Below, one piece after another: positions 28,286-41,164 of a stretch of 64,000 bases of DNA; positions within the stretch are counted from its first letter, which is position 1; each line of letters opens with the position of its first letter. Where the stretch lies: positions 172,422,001-172,486,000 of the forward strand of contig OX597815.1 in assembly GCA_951406725.2 (NCBI GenBank), given 5' to 3'. This stretch comes from Octopus vulgaris (lineage: Eukaryota). The notes under the pieces were generated by a model. The model was given only the letters and a program-made list of their open reading frames with translations, was not told the DNA's origin and ran no database searches. Position numbers and translations under genes: made by a program.

Positions 28286-29024
28286 GTAAGTAGTGCAACA
28301 ATCTTTATATCTTTAGTTAAACTATTGAATTAGTTGTTTCCTTCTTACAAAATTGTTTGAAATATGAGTTGGTAAATTTAATTGCCATGAATTAGAACTT
28401 CCAAGCTTGGTACTTAGGATAATAATTTCATACATTATAATCTGATACTACTTAATTTGTATTGGCTCATAATATCAACTGGTTGGGATTTTACTGCCAT
28501 TTAAATTGAAGCAATTGCTATTAAATATGTCATTCTAGACTGTTATGCTCTCTACCAGTAACAGAATAGCTCATGGGTCAAACATACATGATAAAAACTC
28601 GCAAACCAAGATCTTTTTTGCTCATTTAGAATTAAATTATATTGCATAGTAGTAGAGTAGTGGAGTAATAGTAGTAGTAGTAGCAGCAGCAGCAGCAATA
28701 GAAGTAGTATTGAATGTTCTATAGCTATGTAATCCTTTAAGTAACCACTGTCTCATAACTTTCAGCTTCACTATTAAGTTATAAGCATTGAACCTTTCCA
28801 TTATTGGATGGGTATGAAATGAACATTTAGCAAAAGATATTTTAAGATAAGAAAAGATCAAAGGGATGTTATAGGTGATTAAAACTGTGCTTTGCTTAAC
28901 GAGATACTTATCTAGTTTGATGCATTATTCTTCAGAGTTCAAATCCTGTTGGAGTTGAAACTGCTTTTAATCCTTTTTAAAATATTATTAAAATCAAAAT
29001 CATTGTCTTTAAAAGTAATATATT

Positions 29025-29238
29025 GGTTTCAAATTTTCGTGCAAGGCCAGCAATTTTGGGGGAGTGGGTAAGTCGATTACATCAACCCCAGTGCTCAACC
29101 TGCATTTATTTATTGACCCCGAAAGGACAAAAGGCAAAGTTGACCTTGGTGGAATTTTAACTTAGAATGTAAAATTGGATGAAATGCTGCTAAGCATTTT
29201 GCCCAGCATGCTAATGATTCTGCTAGCTCACCAATTTA
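29025..29238 (-). mobile_element. SINE family B with TSD
   Basis: TSD tctttaaaagtaa(t/c)atatt at 29006 and 29239; other copies near 2365, 12175, 13220, 22570, 33660, 47670 and 52930. Confidence 0.85.
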
Positions 29239-29637
29239 TCTTTAAAAGTAACATATTAAAATCATTCTATCAATGATGTTCATTCACCAATAAGTACTAA
29301 TCTTGTACTTAATAAAAAAAATTCATTAAATTGATACAAGATACTAGAATGAATATCTTATGACATTTTTAATCAATTGATAAGATTTTGTTCTTTAATT
29401 TAGTGTTTATTTCTGAATTTTTTTTTCTTGGTCAAAAGTTTAACATTAAATTATACCCTTCTGCACCAGCTTAATACAATTTGGCATTGATTGAATAAAT
29501 AAATAAAATCTTTCTGAATCAGCAAGTATACCACTGAAACTTAAGTTAATTATTGTACAAGCAAATAAGAATAAATAGATATCAAACATTTCTTTTTCTT
29601 TTTGTGATAATATTTTCCCCTTGATTAACATTTACAG

Positions 29638-29725
29638 AATTAATGAAGAACCATTAATATTGAGCTTCAGTGGTTTCCATGGTGATGAAGAACCAGTTTT
29701 GAGGTGGAGAAGGGAACCAGATGAA
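29638..29725 (+). CDS. Gene A exon
   Basis: Acceptor acatttacag, donor gtaaga; INEEPLILSFSGFHGDEEPVLRWRREPDE; phase 2 to 0. Confidence 0.88.
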
Positions 29726-30293
29726 GTAAGACAACCTTTAGATTCTTTTAAGGTTGTAATAATGTATAAAATTTGTTCTATATCTGTAGCAAAGTAAATT
29801 AAGATAGCGTTTCTAATAATTTAGTAGAAATATTCTAGGTTATTATTATAGTAATTTAGAAGAATTATAAGAGGTTGTTTCAATATAGTAAATAAAGAAT
29901 GTGTTATTTAACAAGTTTTACAATCACAATATTTTTCTGTCTTATGTTTACTTTTACAGCTTTGCAAATATGCTACTTAGTCTTAAAGTTAACATTAATT
30001 TCAGTCAAGAAAGATAGTTCTTTTAATTTATTACTAGATCTGACTCACTAATCAGTAAACAAATCCATGTTTAAGCTATATAATGCAGCTTCTCAACATG
30101 CTTAAATTAGTGCCCAAATTTTCCTCATATTCCCACCTACTGTTTTAAAGAAGAAAGAACACATTGAATAATGACTTACCATATAAGGAACTTCCTAATA
30201 TTTGTAAATATGCAAGAAGTTTTAACAAGCTAAACGGAGTAAGAAAACCAAGGAAATAATTTGAGCACAGCCTACAGAATTTTAATTTTTAAT

Positions 30294-30683
30294 TACTCTT
30301 TTACTCTTTTACTTGTTTCAGTCATTTGACAGTGGCCATGCTGGAGCACCGTCTTCAGTCGGGCAAATCAACCCCAGAATTTATTCTTTGTAAGCCTAGT
30401 ACTTATTCTATCAGTCTCTTTTGCCAAACCACTAAGTTACAGGGATGTAAACACACCAGCATCGGTTGTCAAGTGACGGGGGGACAAACACAGACACATA
30501 AACACATATATACATATATACAACGGCCTTCTTTCAGTTTCCGTCTACCAAATCCACTCACAAGGCTTTGGTTGGCCCGAGGCTATAATAGAAGACACTT
30601 GCCCAAGGTGCCATGCAGTGGGACTGAACCCAGAACCATGTCGTTGGTAAGCAAGCTACTACCACACAGCCACTCCTACGCCT
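30294..30683 (-). mobile_element. SINE family A
   Basis: Reverse complement of the family consensus. Confidence 0.9.
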
Positions 30684-30793
30684 ATTGATCATTATTTTTT
30701 ATAAACAAACTAAATGTTAAAACACATATTTGTATAGCGATCTAAGAATAATGAAACTAAATAAAGACATTAAAATAACCTAAAATGTATATG

Positions 30794-30985
30794 TACAAGG
30801 GGGTACTGAAAAGTTCCTGGATGATCAATTAATTATAATTTTATGATGGTTATTTCAGATTCACACACTTACTGCAGTGGTTCTTCAGTTTTTCTAAGCC
30901 CTGTAAGAGAACTCAGAAGGTTAGTCCTCCAACCAGGCCTTTCACAATACGTTTAAAGCCAGGAATTTTTCAGCACCTCTGCATA
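30794..30985. mobile_element. Mariner-type MITE
   Basis: TA-flanked inverted ends caagggggtactgaaaagttcctgg / ccaggaattttt..cagcacctct. Confidence 0.65.
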
Positions 30986-31443
30986 GACGCAGGCATGACT
31001 GTGTGGCTAAGAAGCTCACTTTGCAACCACATGATTTCGGGTTCACTGCCACATTACAACACTTGGGCAAGTGTTTTCTATTCTAGCCCCAGGCTCGCCA
31101 ATGTCTTGTGAATGAATTTGGTAGATGAAACTGTGTGGAGGCCCTTTTTATATATATATATACATACATGTGTGTGTGGTGTGTGTGAGTGTGTGTGTGT
31201 GTGTGCACATGTGTGCATGTATGTATATGTGCCTTTGTGTTTGTGTTTGTACACCCCATACCACTTGACAAATGATGCTAGTTTGTTTACATCCTCAGAA
31301 CTTAGCAATTTGGCAAGAGACTGATAGAGTAAATAGCAAACTTAAAATAAACACTGGGGTCAATTTGTTTGACTAAAACCCTTCAAGAAAATGCCTCAAC
31401 ATGGCCATAGTCCAATGATTGAAACAAATAAAAGATAAAAGAT
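30985..31443 (+). mobile_element. SINE family A (older copy)
   Basis: Head, microsatellite and tail recognisable. Confidence 0.8.
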
Positions 31444-31645
31444 ACATAACTTTGAATGCATAATTCTTGAAAAACAGCAAAAAGAAAAAAAGAAAATCAA
31501 ATTTTAGATTTGATAAGCAATTCCTTCATTATCAGATTAGTTAATCCAGTTGTCTATTATCAAAATGTGATAAGAAAAGATTGTTTTTTTTTTTTACCTT
31601 TTCAAAGTTAAAATTAATAATATATATATTTTTTAATATTTTCAG

Positions 31646-31819
31646 AAAATTTGGACAAATGAACCTGTACAAGAAATATGCCCAATAACAAAAGTCCCAA
31701 AACCTTCAGGGTATTTGAGGAATTGCCTTCAGTCTAATAGTCAAAAGAAATTCATTTCAAATTTTGAAAAACATGATGACACTTTCATTGATGAATCTAA
31801 AATATTTTCTGGAAAATGA
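31646..31819 (+). CDS. Gene A terminal coding exon
   Basis: Acceptor aatattttcag; KIWTNEPVQEICPITKVPKPSGYLRNCLQSNSQKKFISNFEKHDDTFIDESKIFSGK then TGA; AATAAA at ~31946. Confidence 0.85.
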   Translation, partial: KIWTNEPVQEICPITKVPKPSGYLRNCLQSNSQKKFISNFEKHDDTFIDESKIFSGK

Positions 31820-33300
31820 GAAAACCCCTAATGTCATAAACATCATGCATGAGTCATGAAATATGAATTTTGGAAAAGATTTACAATTTAAGTTTAAAAT
31901 AGAATCCGGAAATGTTAATACAATTTGAATAACATCAGCAGTGTAAATAAATTTGGGTAAAACATTCCTATTAGGTATTGGTTTGATAACAAATATTTTA
32001 AGTTCTAATTTCACTAGATTTATTATATATTCAATCCATCCATTTTTGCTATCCACTATTTCTTGTAGGGTAATGGAGATAGAGTCTTCATGCAACTCTT
32101 CAATAGGGTCCTATTAGAAATAACCATAACACTTTCCTGTTGAATTCCCAAGCGTGACCAGCTGACACCATAGATATTATCCAACCATCTTAATCTTAGT
32201 CTAAACCCTAGGTCTCCTGCTAGTTGCTTAGCTTGAAGAATCTGTCTTGTGATTAATTCCTAATACATTCTAACCAATCTGTTATGTATTGATTTTTAAA
32301 ATTATAGTGGAAAATGTAATAAACATGGTAAACAGTGTGTATTGCTGTAAAGAGAGAGCTGAGTGAAGCAAAACAGACAATTTTCAAGTTATCAATGAAG
32401 CAAGTAAAGAATAACTATAAACAAATATAGAAAAAAAAGTACAAGAATTATAATTCAGTAAAGAATTTTTTGAATGCAAATGAAATTTAATGAGCTGTCT
32501 TGAACTTCACATCATTTTTAATCATAAGTGATAAATGTATTTTCAGAGAATTTAAAGTATTTAGATTTACTTGACTTTTATTGCATGAAAATACAGAGCG
32601 AGTCAAGTAGCACCTAGTTTCCAAGAAGTTGTGCCTTTCTTTATTGTTTTGTAGGTTATTACTGATAGTTTTGAAAGTTACTAAATCTGGATCATGTATT
32701 ACGTTGTTGATATCCCAACCCATAGAACAAGAACAAGGAGTCAAAAGTATATCTCTCAATTGGGAAGTCATACATATCAACCCTAAAACAGGAATTGGGT
32801 GCCTCTTTTGGCTCACCCTGTATATAGAATTTTGAGTGAATAATTTAAACTAAAAGGTAATACAGGAAAACATAGATGAAAATGAGCCCCTTGTCAACAT
32901 TGTTCCCTATATATTGTGCTGACAGGGTGTAGTTCAAAGCACAACATCACATTCATTTAATAAATATAAAAATGAGATTGAAGATTCTCAGATTTGTGCA
33001 ATTTCAACAAGTGAAATGACAATTGGCATAAATCCATTTACAATCAAAACTCAACGGTTAGAAATAACAGTAAAATCCTAGAGATTGAAGATAAATTAGA
33101 GTAATACAATCAGTTATGTATTCATCGTGATTAATTATGCAGTATCAATTTAATTTGTGTGAGTTAAAGTAGAATTCAATAATTAAAAACAACATAGAGC
33201 TTTTTCAGAGTCATATGGTCATTCAAACAGAATTTATTAAGTCAAAGACATTTTGTAAATCTATTATTACATTTATTTTCTTTGTAAAGAAAAATATAAA

Positions 33301-33532
33301 TTATTTCTTTTTACTCTTTGGGGTTTTTACTAGAGATTTCTTTAGAGCTTTCCCTGTTTGTGTTGAGGGTAAACTAGTGGATTCGGTGATTTTATCTGAA
33401 ATCGGAATGGCTGATGTATTCAAATCTTTGCCTATTTTACTCATTGCTTGTAATTTTCCCTGTAGCTGAATTAGTTCAAATTCAGCAACGTCTGCTCGAT
33501 TCTCATATTCTTGAGCTCTCTTTTCAGTGGCA
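33301..33532 (-). CDS. Gene B terminal coding exon (coiled coil plus basic tail)
   Basis: Minus-strand acceptor ttttctttttgtttgcag; ATEKRAQEYENRADVAEFELIQLQGKLQAMSKIGKDLNTS...KTPKSKKK then TAA; phase 2 entry matches the upstream exon. Confidence 0.85.
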
Positions 33533-34224
33533 CTGCAAACAAAAAGAAAATACCAAACAATTTAAGTGTTTTGATAAAATGTATTTAAATCAAGTGAAAA
33601 TCAATACAAATGTATATAACAATAATTTCAAATCATTGAATAACATCAGCATTGTTATTGCCAGAAGACCAGCAATTTCAGGAAAGGGATTAAATCAATT
33701 ACATCAAACCTAGTGCCCAACTGGTACTTATTTTATCTATCTCAAAAGGATGAAAAGCAAAGTCAACCTTGGCAGAATTTGAACCCAGAATGTAAGGCTT
33801 GATGAAATGTCAGTAAGCATTTTACCTGGCATGCTAACAGTTCAGCTAGGTTGCCACCTTTATAGATGTATATAATAATAAACCTAAAATGATAATATGT
33901 AGGGCATTGTTATATTATTTACTTATTTTTACATGCCATAAATACATATATGCATTTGCATACACACACACTTTTATATATATATATATATATGTAAAGA
34001 TATGTATATAAATATATATATGTGTGTGTGTGTATAAACATATGCATATATGTATATATATATATACATACATATATGCATACATATCTGTATGTATACC
34101 TATACACATATATATGCATTCACACACAGATATATGTATATTTACTACAATAAAGAAAAATATGCAATACCCATTATTTATGCCTTGTCTTATATATATT
34201 ACATGGGAGGTGGACATTAAATGA

Positions 34225-35935
34225 CGATGATGATGATCATCATCGTTTAACATCCGTTTTCCATGCTGGTATAAGTTGGGCAGTTTGATTGAGGTCTGAA
34301 GAGCCAGCAGCTGCACCAGACTCCAATCTAATCTGGCAATGCTTCGACAGCTGGATGCCCTTCCTAACACCAACCACTCTGAGAGTGTAGTAGGTGTTTT
34401 TTACATGCCACCAGCACAGGAGTCAGTCAGGCGGGCCTAGTATCAATCACATTCAGATAGTGCTTTTTACATACCACCAGTACAGGAGCCAGCCATGGGG
34501 TACTGGCATCAGCCATGTTCAGATGGTGCTTTTTACATGCTACCAGTATGGGAGCCAGTCAGGCAGACCGGGCATCGACCAGGTCTGATGGTGTTTTTTA
34601 TGTGCCACCAGCACAAAAGCCAGTCAGGGGGCGCTGGTCACAGCTACGATTTTGGTTTTACTTGACTCAACAGGTTAAATGTTCAAAGGTCATGCTTCAC
34701 CACCTCATCCCATGTCTTCCTGGATCTGCCACTTCCACAGGTTCCTTCTACAGTTAGGGAGTGGCACTTCTTCACACAGCTGTCCTCATCCATATATAAC
34801 ATGACCATACCAGCACAATCATCTTTCTTGCACACTATACCTGGTGCTTCTTATGTCCAACTTTTCTCTCAGAGCACTAACACTCTGTCGTGTATGCACA
34901 CTGACATTACACATCCAGTGGATCATACTAGCTTCATTTCTTTCAAGCCTATGCATGTCCTCAGCAGTCATGGCCCATGTTTCACTGCTGTGTAGCATGG
35001 TAGTATCTTCAATATTGATTGCCTCTGTGCATCTGCCACACACAAAAATTATCTTCCCAGTTAACCTTCCTTTGATATTGCTGCACCTTTTATGTGTCCA
35101 TAGCTTACACCGGGTACATCATATGGAGTTTCTACCCATGCCTTTGAACAGATCGATATTTTAAGCATCTCAGCAGTGATTTCTGATGGGTCAGATGCTT
35201 TCCCTGCCTTCATATCCTTAATTGCTTTATTTACGAGGGTACTGTCAATTCGGGTAGCTGGTCCCTCAATTGAGTTAACTTTTGGCAGACTCTACTCGTC
35301 CCATTCATTCACCACATTCAGCAGTCTTTCATAATGGCATCTTCAAGCCTCTTTCTTTGCAGAATCATTAAACACAAGGGCACCATCATCCATGCAGACA
35401 CATTTCTCTCCTACGACATCATGGTTTTCTCTTGCACACAGTCTTGCAATCCAAAATACTTCAGTTCTTTGATTCTCACGTCACTGAACATTGGCAAACT
35501 TCTTCTTTTCTGCTACTGCCTTGGCTATGTATATACCTGTCTCCTAGCTTCCCTTTTGGCTATCGGATACATTCTCTTGCAACCCTAACTCTTACAGGCC
35601 TTCCAAGCCTGTTTCTTTGCTCTAATGGCCCTGTCTACAGTATTGTTCCACCACCATTTTACCCTAGGTCTGGAAGGAACTTTGCACCAGCCACAGATTT
35701 CATCTGTGGTGCTCAGCAAGCTGTCTCACAGGAATTCTCAGCTGCCTTCTATGTCACAGGACTGTAGTTCCCCCCTCCCTATCAGCAAATTTCTCAGTAA
35801 GGATATCCCTAATTCTCTGACCATGTGAAAACTTCCAAGTCCTTCTTTTCCAGATTAGTTTGCTTTTTGACATCCTTCTGGCCTCAAGTCTAATAATTAG
35901 TCTATGCTGGGGTACATTTTTCACCAAGGAGGGTC
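34225..35935 (-). mobile_element. Internally deleted RTE-clade LINE with PHD-like finger and structured 3' tail
   Basis: QHRLII (endonuclease end), KAGKASDPSEITAEML, GRNSI*CTRCKLWTHKRCS..FVCGRC, MLHSSETWAMTAEDMHRLERNEASMIHWMCNVS; tail ends in (gat)n. Confidence 0.85.
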
Positions 35936-35936
35936 T

Positions 35937-35976
<40 letters not shown>

Positions 35977-36022
35977 GAGTTGGAAAAAATAATGGTAACA
36001 CCTAGCATCATAAGTTTGAAAT

Positions 36023-36235
36023 TCTTTTATTCTTTTATTTGTTTCAGTCATTTGACTGTAGCAATGCTTTTAGTTGAACAAATCGACCCCAGAATTTATT
36101 CTTTGTAAGCCTAGTACTAATTCTATCGGCCTCTTTGCTGAATCACTACATTATGGGGACATAAATACACCAGCATTAGTTGTCAAGTGATGGTGGGGGG
36201 GGATAAACACAGACACACAAACATACACACACACA
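36023..36235 (-). mobile_element. SINE family A, 3' half only
   Basis: Tail and body only; ends in (CA)/(TA)n. Confidence 0.8.
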
Positions 36236-36237
36236 CA

Positions 36238-36278
<41 letters not shown>

Positions 36279-36282
36279 CAAT

Positions 36283-36615
36283 GAAGGCGCATGGCTTAGT
36301 GGTTAGAGCGTCAAGCTTACAATCATGAGGTTGTGAGTTCGATTCCCAGACTGGGCTGTGTGTTGTGTTCTTGAGCAAGACACTTTATTTCATGTTGCTC
36401 CAGTTAACTCATCTGTAGAAATGAGTCGCGACATCACTGGTGCCAAGCTGTATCGGCCTTTGCCTTTCCCTTGGATAACATCAGTGGTATGGAGAGGGGA
36501 GGCTGGTATTCATGGGCAACTGCTAGCCTTCCACAAGCAATCTTGCTCTGACTTGTGCATCAGAGGGAAACTTTCTAGGTGCAATCCCATGGTCATTCAT
36601 GACCGAAGGGGGTCT
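36283..36615 (+). mobile_element. tRNA-derived SINE family D (V-domain-like)
   Basis: gcatggcttagtggttagagcg...gagttcgattccc head, tgttcttgagcaagacacttt core; reverse copy at 62655-62980, relatives at 51282-51581 (-) and 52172-52450 (+). Confidence 0.8.
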
Positions 36616-36748
36616 CCTCCTCCTCCTATATACAGCAATAAGAAGATGGAGGGGATCAAGAGGTGGTATTCATCAACTTTTAGACATTATATTATGTCTA
36701 TTTATTTATTTTTCAAAAAGACAATTATAACAATATACATACATGTAT

Positions 36749-36993
36749 AACAATGCAAAGTAAATGCAAGGTAAATCACAAGAAAACAAATATGTGAATT
36801 AATGTAGACTTACTTTGTTTTCAATATTTTGAGGTTATGACCCCATTTTCAAGAAATTGACGAATGTTGCCCGCAACATTCGTCAATTTCTTGAAAATGG
36901 GATCATAACCCCGAAATATTGAAAACAAGGTAAGTCTACATTAATTCACACATTTGTTTTTTGTGATTTACCTTGCATTTACTTCACATTGTT
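36749..36993. repeat. Near-perfect long foldback palindrome
   Basis: ~122-bp arms, 2-nt centre (gaatgttgc CC gcaacattc), about 7 substitutions and 1 indel by eye. Confidence 0.95.
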
Positions 36994-37021
36994 TTGGCCT
37001 TACCCATGATCCTTTATACAA

Positions 37022-37069
<48 letters not shown>

Positions 37070-37290
37070 TGTATGTGTTTGTGTGTCTGTGTCTGTCCCC
37101 CCCAGCATCGCTTGACAATCAATGCTGGTGTGTTTACATCCTCGTAACTTAGTGGTTTGGCAAAACAGACCGATAGAATAAGTGCTAGGCTTACAAAGAA
37201 TAAGTTCTGGGGTCGAATTGTTTGACTAAAAGTGGCGCTCCAGCATGGCCACAGTCAGATGACTGAAACAAGTAAAAGAATAAAAGAATA
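37070..37290 (+). mobile_element. SINE family A, 3' half only
   Basis: Body and tail after (TA)n. Confidence 0.85.
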
Positions 37291-40200
37291 TGTCCATTTT
37301 ATAACATTTTCAAACAAAACAAATAGAGAACTATGTAGCCATATGTCTCTGTTTTAGATTCCATCTCACTGTATGGTACCTTGAACAAGTGTCTTCTACT
37401 GTAGCTCCAGGCTGACCAAGGTCTTGTGAGTTGTGACAGAATGAGTATCTTGCTATAGAAAATCTACTTCAATATATATATATGCATGTATGTATCTATG
37501 TGTGTGTGTGTGTGTGTGCACATGCGTGCATGTGTGTGTGTGTATGTGCACACACACATGCTTGTGTGCATGTGTAAAATTCTCTGAAAACAGAAAATGA
37601 CAAAAATGAAAATTTTTCATTTGATTTGAACTTTGCTACAGAAATTCAGTAAGTCACAACATTATTGTGATTTCTGATCATTATTGATTTCCTTTCCAGT
37701 AATATATTTATTTAAATGTGTTAAACTTATTCATAAATTCATATAAGCTAAAAAATTAAGTTTTTAGTGTTAAGTTTTAAATAATGGATAAAAAGATTAA
37801 ATTCTTTACATTTTAAAATATTACATGAGAATTAATTTTTTCCCTCTTAAGTATCAATAAAATAAGTATGAGGAATATACAGAGATGATGAGTTCAAATT
37901 GATCAAACAAATACCTTTTTTCTATTTTCTAACAGAAATCAGTAAATAAAACTTTCTGCTCAAGGTATAGAAACAACCTTTATAATGAAGTTGATGTAAT
38001 CATGATCTTGATGACAATAGAATATGTTTATAAAATCAGTCATAATATTTGAAAAAAAGATTTGTAGTCATAAGTCAATTTGCTGTTATACAAGCAAATT
38101 CTTGGAGGTTACATTAAAATGCTAAACTACCATAGACTGGTTATTTTAATGCAGCTAATGTTAATGCAAATTATATACAAACAGTAAGAACTATTTATAA
38201 TTAATCAATCTGGAATTGTATGAAGCAGTATTCATACATCTGGGTTCCTGAGTCAACAGGAAAACATAAAAAGGAACAACTTTAAAATATAAAACTGATC
38301 AAATGACATTTATCCACCAAAAATATCTAGCTGTTGAAAACAGTGATTTCTAACAAGAAAGTAAAAATTAGTTAAAGTGTACAAAACTGAAATAATATAT
38401 GCACAAGATATACGTCTCTAGAGTACCGTACAAGACTGTTAGAAAATGGTTTGGCAATAAAAATGTCATCCTACAATAAATTTGCTTCAAGTTGAATTCT
38501 CAAGATGATTGCTTGTGCAATGCTGTATACAATAAATTGCAAATAGAGCACTGTAAAAAATCCCATATGTGTAAGGGTATGTTTTATAAATTATTTTATC
38601 AGGGAGGGAAAGGAAATTACTCATACTTCATGGTTGCCTTTTCATTTTATAAGACAGTCGTGATGGGAGTTAGTGAGGTTAATGGGAAAATTTAAATGCT
38701 AAATATTTGAGCATTGTAATAATACAAAAAAGGAAAAGTATTTTCTCGGTCCTGTGGTTCATAGAACAAAGGAAGTATGTGTTGTAAATATGAAACAAAA
38801 TGATTGCCTCTAAGTTGATAAACTATCATTTACATTTTTTTTACATTTACATATTTCCTTCTCTCTATATATATTCTCTTTATTCATCAGTCCAAAACTT
38901 ATAACAATTTCACTAAAAGACATTAAGATTTAAGTAGTTTGACAATTTTGTCAGTATACTCAATCCTAAAAGAAGTGTTATAGCAAATGGTTGAAGTTCT
39001 TAACTCAGAAATGCAAAGGAGATGAGAGACATCAAAAGAATGTAACAGAAAATGTATGAACAAATGCCAAAGATCTTTTGCAATAAATATCTCAGTTTCA
39101 GAATTATTTACTTAAAAGACTTAAAATAGCGAAACTGTTAGAGGCAAAGGAAATAAAATTTAAAATTACTAAATAGTTTTAGTTTCTAATGTCTCCAAAA
39201 AGGGAATTATATCAAACATTTTAAAGGCTGAATGTTTTATTAAACCCTATATTTTGTTGAGTGCTGTCAAAAGAAAAGGGCTGTGATCATGGTATTCACA
39301 TGCCATTAATGTTACTCTTTAAGAATAGTGTTTACCTAGTGTAAACCATTTAATATAATTCCAAGAATAGTTTGGCAATAAACATAATTACTACAAAGAA
39401 AATTTCAGAAAGAGAAATTTCCCTAAATTTATTTCATATGAATTAAAATATTAGTTCCTTTTTTATATAAAAAAAAGATACAAAGACACTATATTTTGAG
39501 AAATATAACATTGATATATTTTCTTAAAGCAAATAAAATGCTTTGTTCTGAGAACTGAAATTACATTATGATTTTAGCTTGTTGGGTACATAGCAATTTT
39601 TCTATGGTACTTGCTATCTAATATCATAATATGTATTATCTTTTGATAAGATTGTGATTGTTTCGTTGGTTTTTTTTTTTTTTTTCTTTTTTCTCCTTTG
39701 CAAGACAAAGATTCTGAATAGAAATGATGTTTGTCTTCTGCAAGTACATTAGTGAGTAGATAAGCCAGTCCTTTCACAGCTACAATAGCTAAAAATTCTG
39801 ATGAATGGAAGATGAAAAACGCTTATCATTCTTGCTCTTTGTACTCTTTCATATTTACGCTCATGTAAGCATTCTCAAAGAGAAGGATAACTAAGAGGAA
39901 TATGTGGGCGTCATGCCTCTTAATTTATAAATAATGTTAATGATTGAAGATGATCAATGTGAAGTAGTAGTGATAGTTTTCAGTGTGTTGTTTTTTCAGA
40001 GAAGGTGATTCTTCCACACAAGTTTATACAGATTACCATTGTTTACTTTAAATAGTTCACCTGTTAGTTTCAGTATCATAGGAAATCATACAACCAAGTT
40101 ATCTAAATTGATTTACTATTTGTAGCTCTATAAATCATGCAAATATGAAAAGGATAGTAATTTAATATCCTTCCTGCTGACTATAAGTACTCCAAGGAAA

Positions 40201-40508
40201 TGAGCAGCTTCTGCAGAATAAAAAATCATTCTTTATATGGTTTTCTCTGAATCACCAATTAAACTTACATCATCAGCATGTCTTTGAAATGCTATTTCAT
40301 GATCATGTTCTTGGCCCATTTATAACTAGAAAGGATTTGGGAAAGGTCATCACTAAATCAGTAATTATGAAACTATGTAATTATTTGAAGAAACACCAGT
40401 GAACAGTTTAGCTTTGCAACATATTCCTCTCTTATAATTATTGAATCCACTGGTTATATGATCATCCTAATTAATGCATAAAATTTGGTTTTATTCGTAC
40501 TATTCATC

Positions 40509-40712
40509 TTAACCCTTTAACATTTAAACTGGCTATATCCAGCCTAAATATTCTACCTGTTTTACACTCAAAATGACTAGATCCTGCCTCTTGTACCTAC
40601 CCTACAATATCACTGAAGTCTCAAAGCTATAAGATAATGCATGATTAACTAAAAGCAATGTGAATATATAAGCATAACATTTAACAGAGTAATCTGAATG
40701 CTAATAGATTAA
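40509..40712. mobile_element. piggyBac-like TTAA MITE, copy 3
   Basis: TTAA-ccctttaacattt...aatgctaataga-TTAA. Confidence 0.75.
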
Positions 40713-40989
40713 GTTGACTTTGGTACAAAGACCATGTTGGTAAGACTTCATTAGTTTCAAAACCACACTGACTCTGAGGAAGTTGATATTTAAGAATGTC
40801 AGATACAAATCTATTTAGCAACATTCTTGCAAAAATCGACCAAGTACTGAACAACAGCCTTATTTCACAGTATTTGGGATAATCAGATTTCTTTGCTTTA
40901 TACTTTGATGTAAGTTTATGCTGAATATATCATAAAGGTCTTCCCAGAAAAACTGCAGATTTCATTTGACTATAATAAGTTATACTTAC

Positions 40990-41093
40990 ATTAACTGCTC
41001 CTGTAACATCTTCACAGTACTAAGAGCTATATATGCCTTATTAGTATCAGGTGCTTTGAGATCAGCTTCCAGAATAGACAGTTTATCAGGAAT
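40990..41093 (-). CDS. Gene B exon
   Basis: Acceptor tttattttcacag, donor gtaagt; IPDKLSILEADLKAPDTNKAYIALSTVKMLQEQL(I); phase 0 to 2. Confidence 0.85.
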
Positions 41094-41164
41094 CTGTGAA
41101 AATAAATAAAGCAGTTAGATTTAGATTAATTTACATTATTTATTTATTTTTTGTTTTTTGAAAA

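Noticed and set aside
31757-32110. Minus-strand 112-aa ORF overlapping the end of gene A, with an upstream AG
   Set aside because: Gene B already terminates at 33301; joining from the phase-2 donor gives an early stop; no recognisable motif
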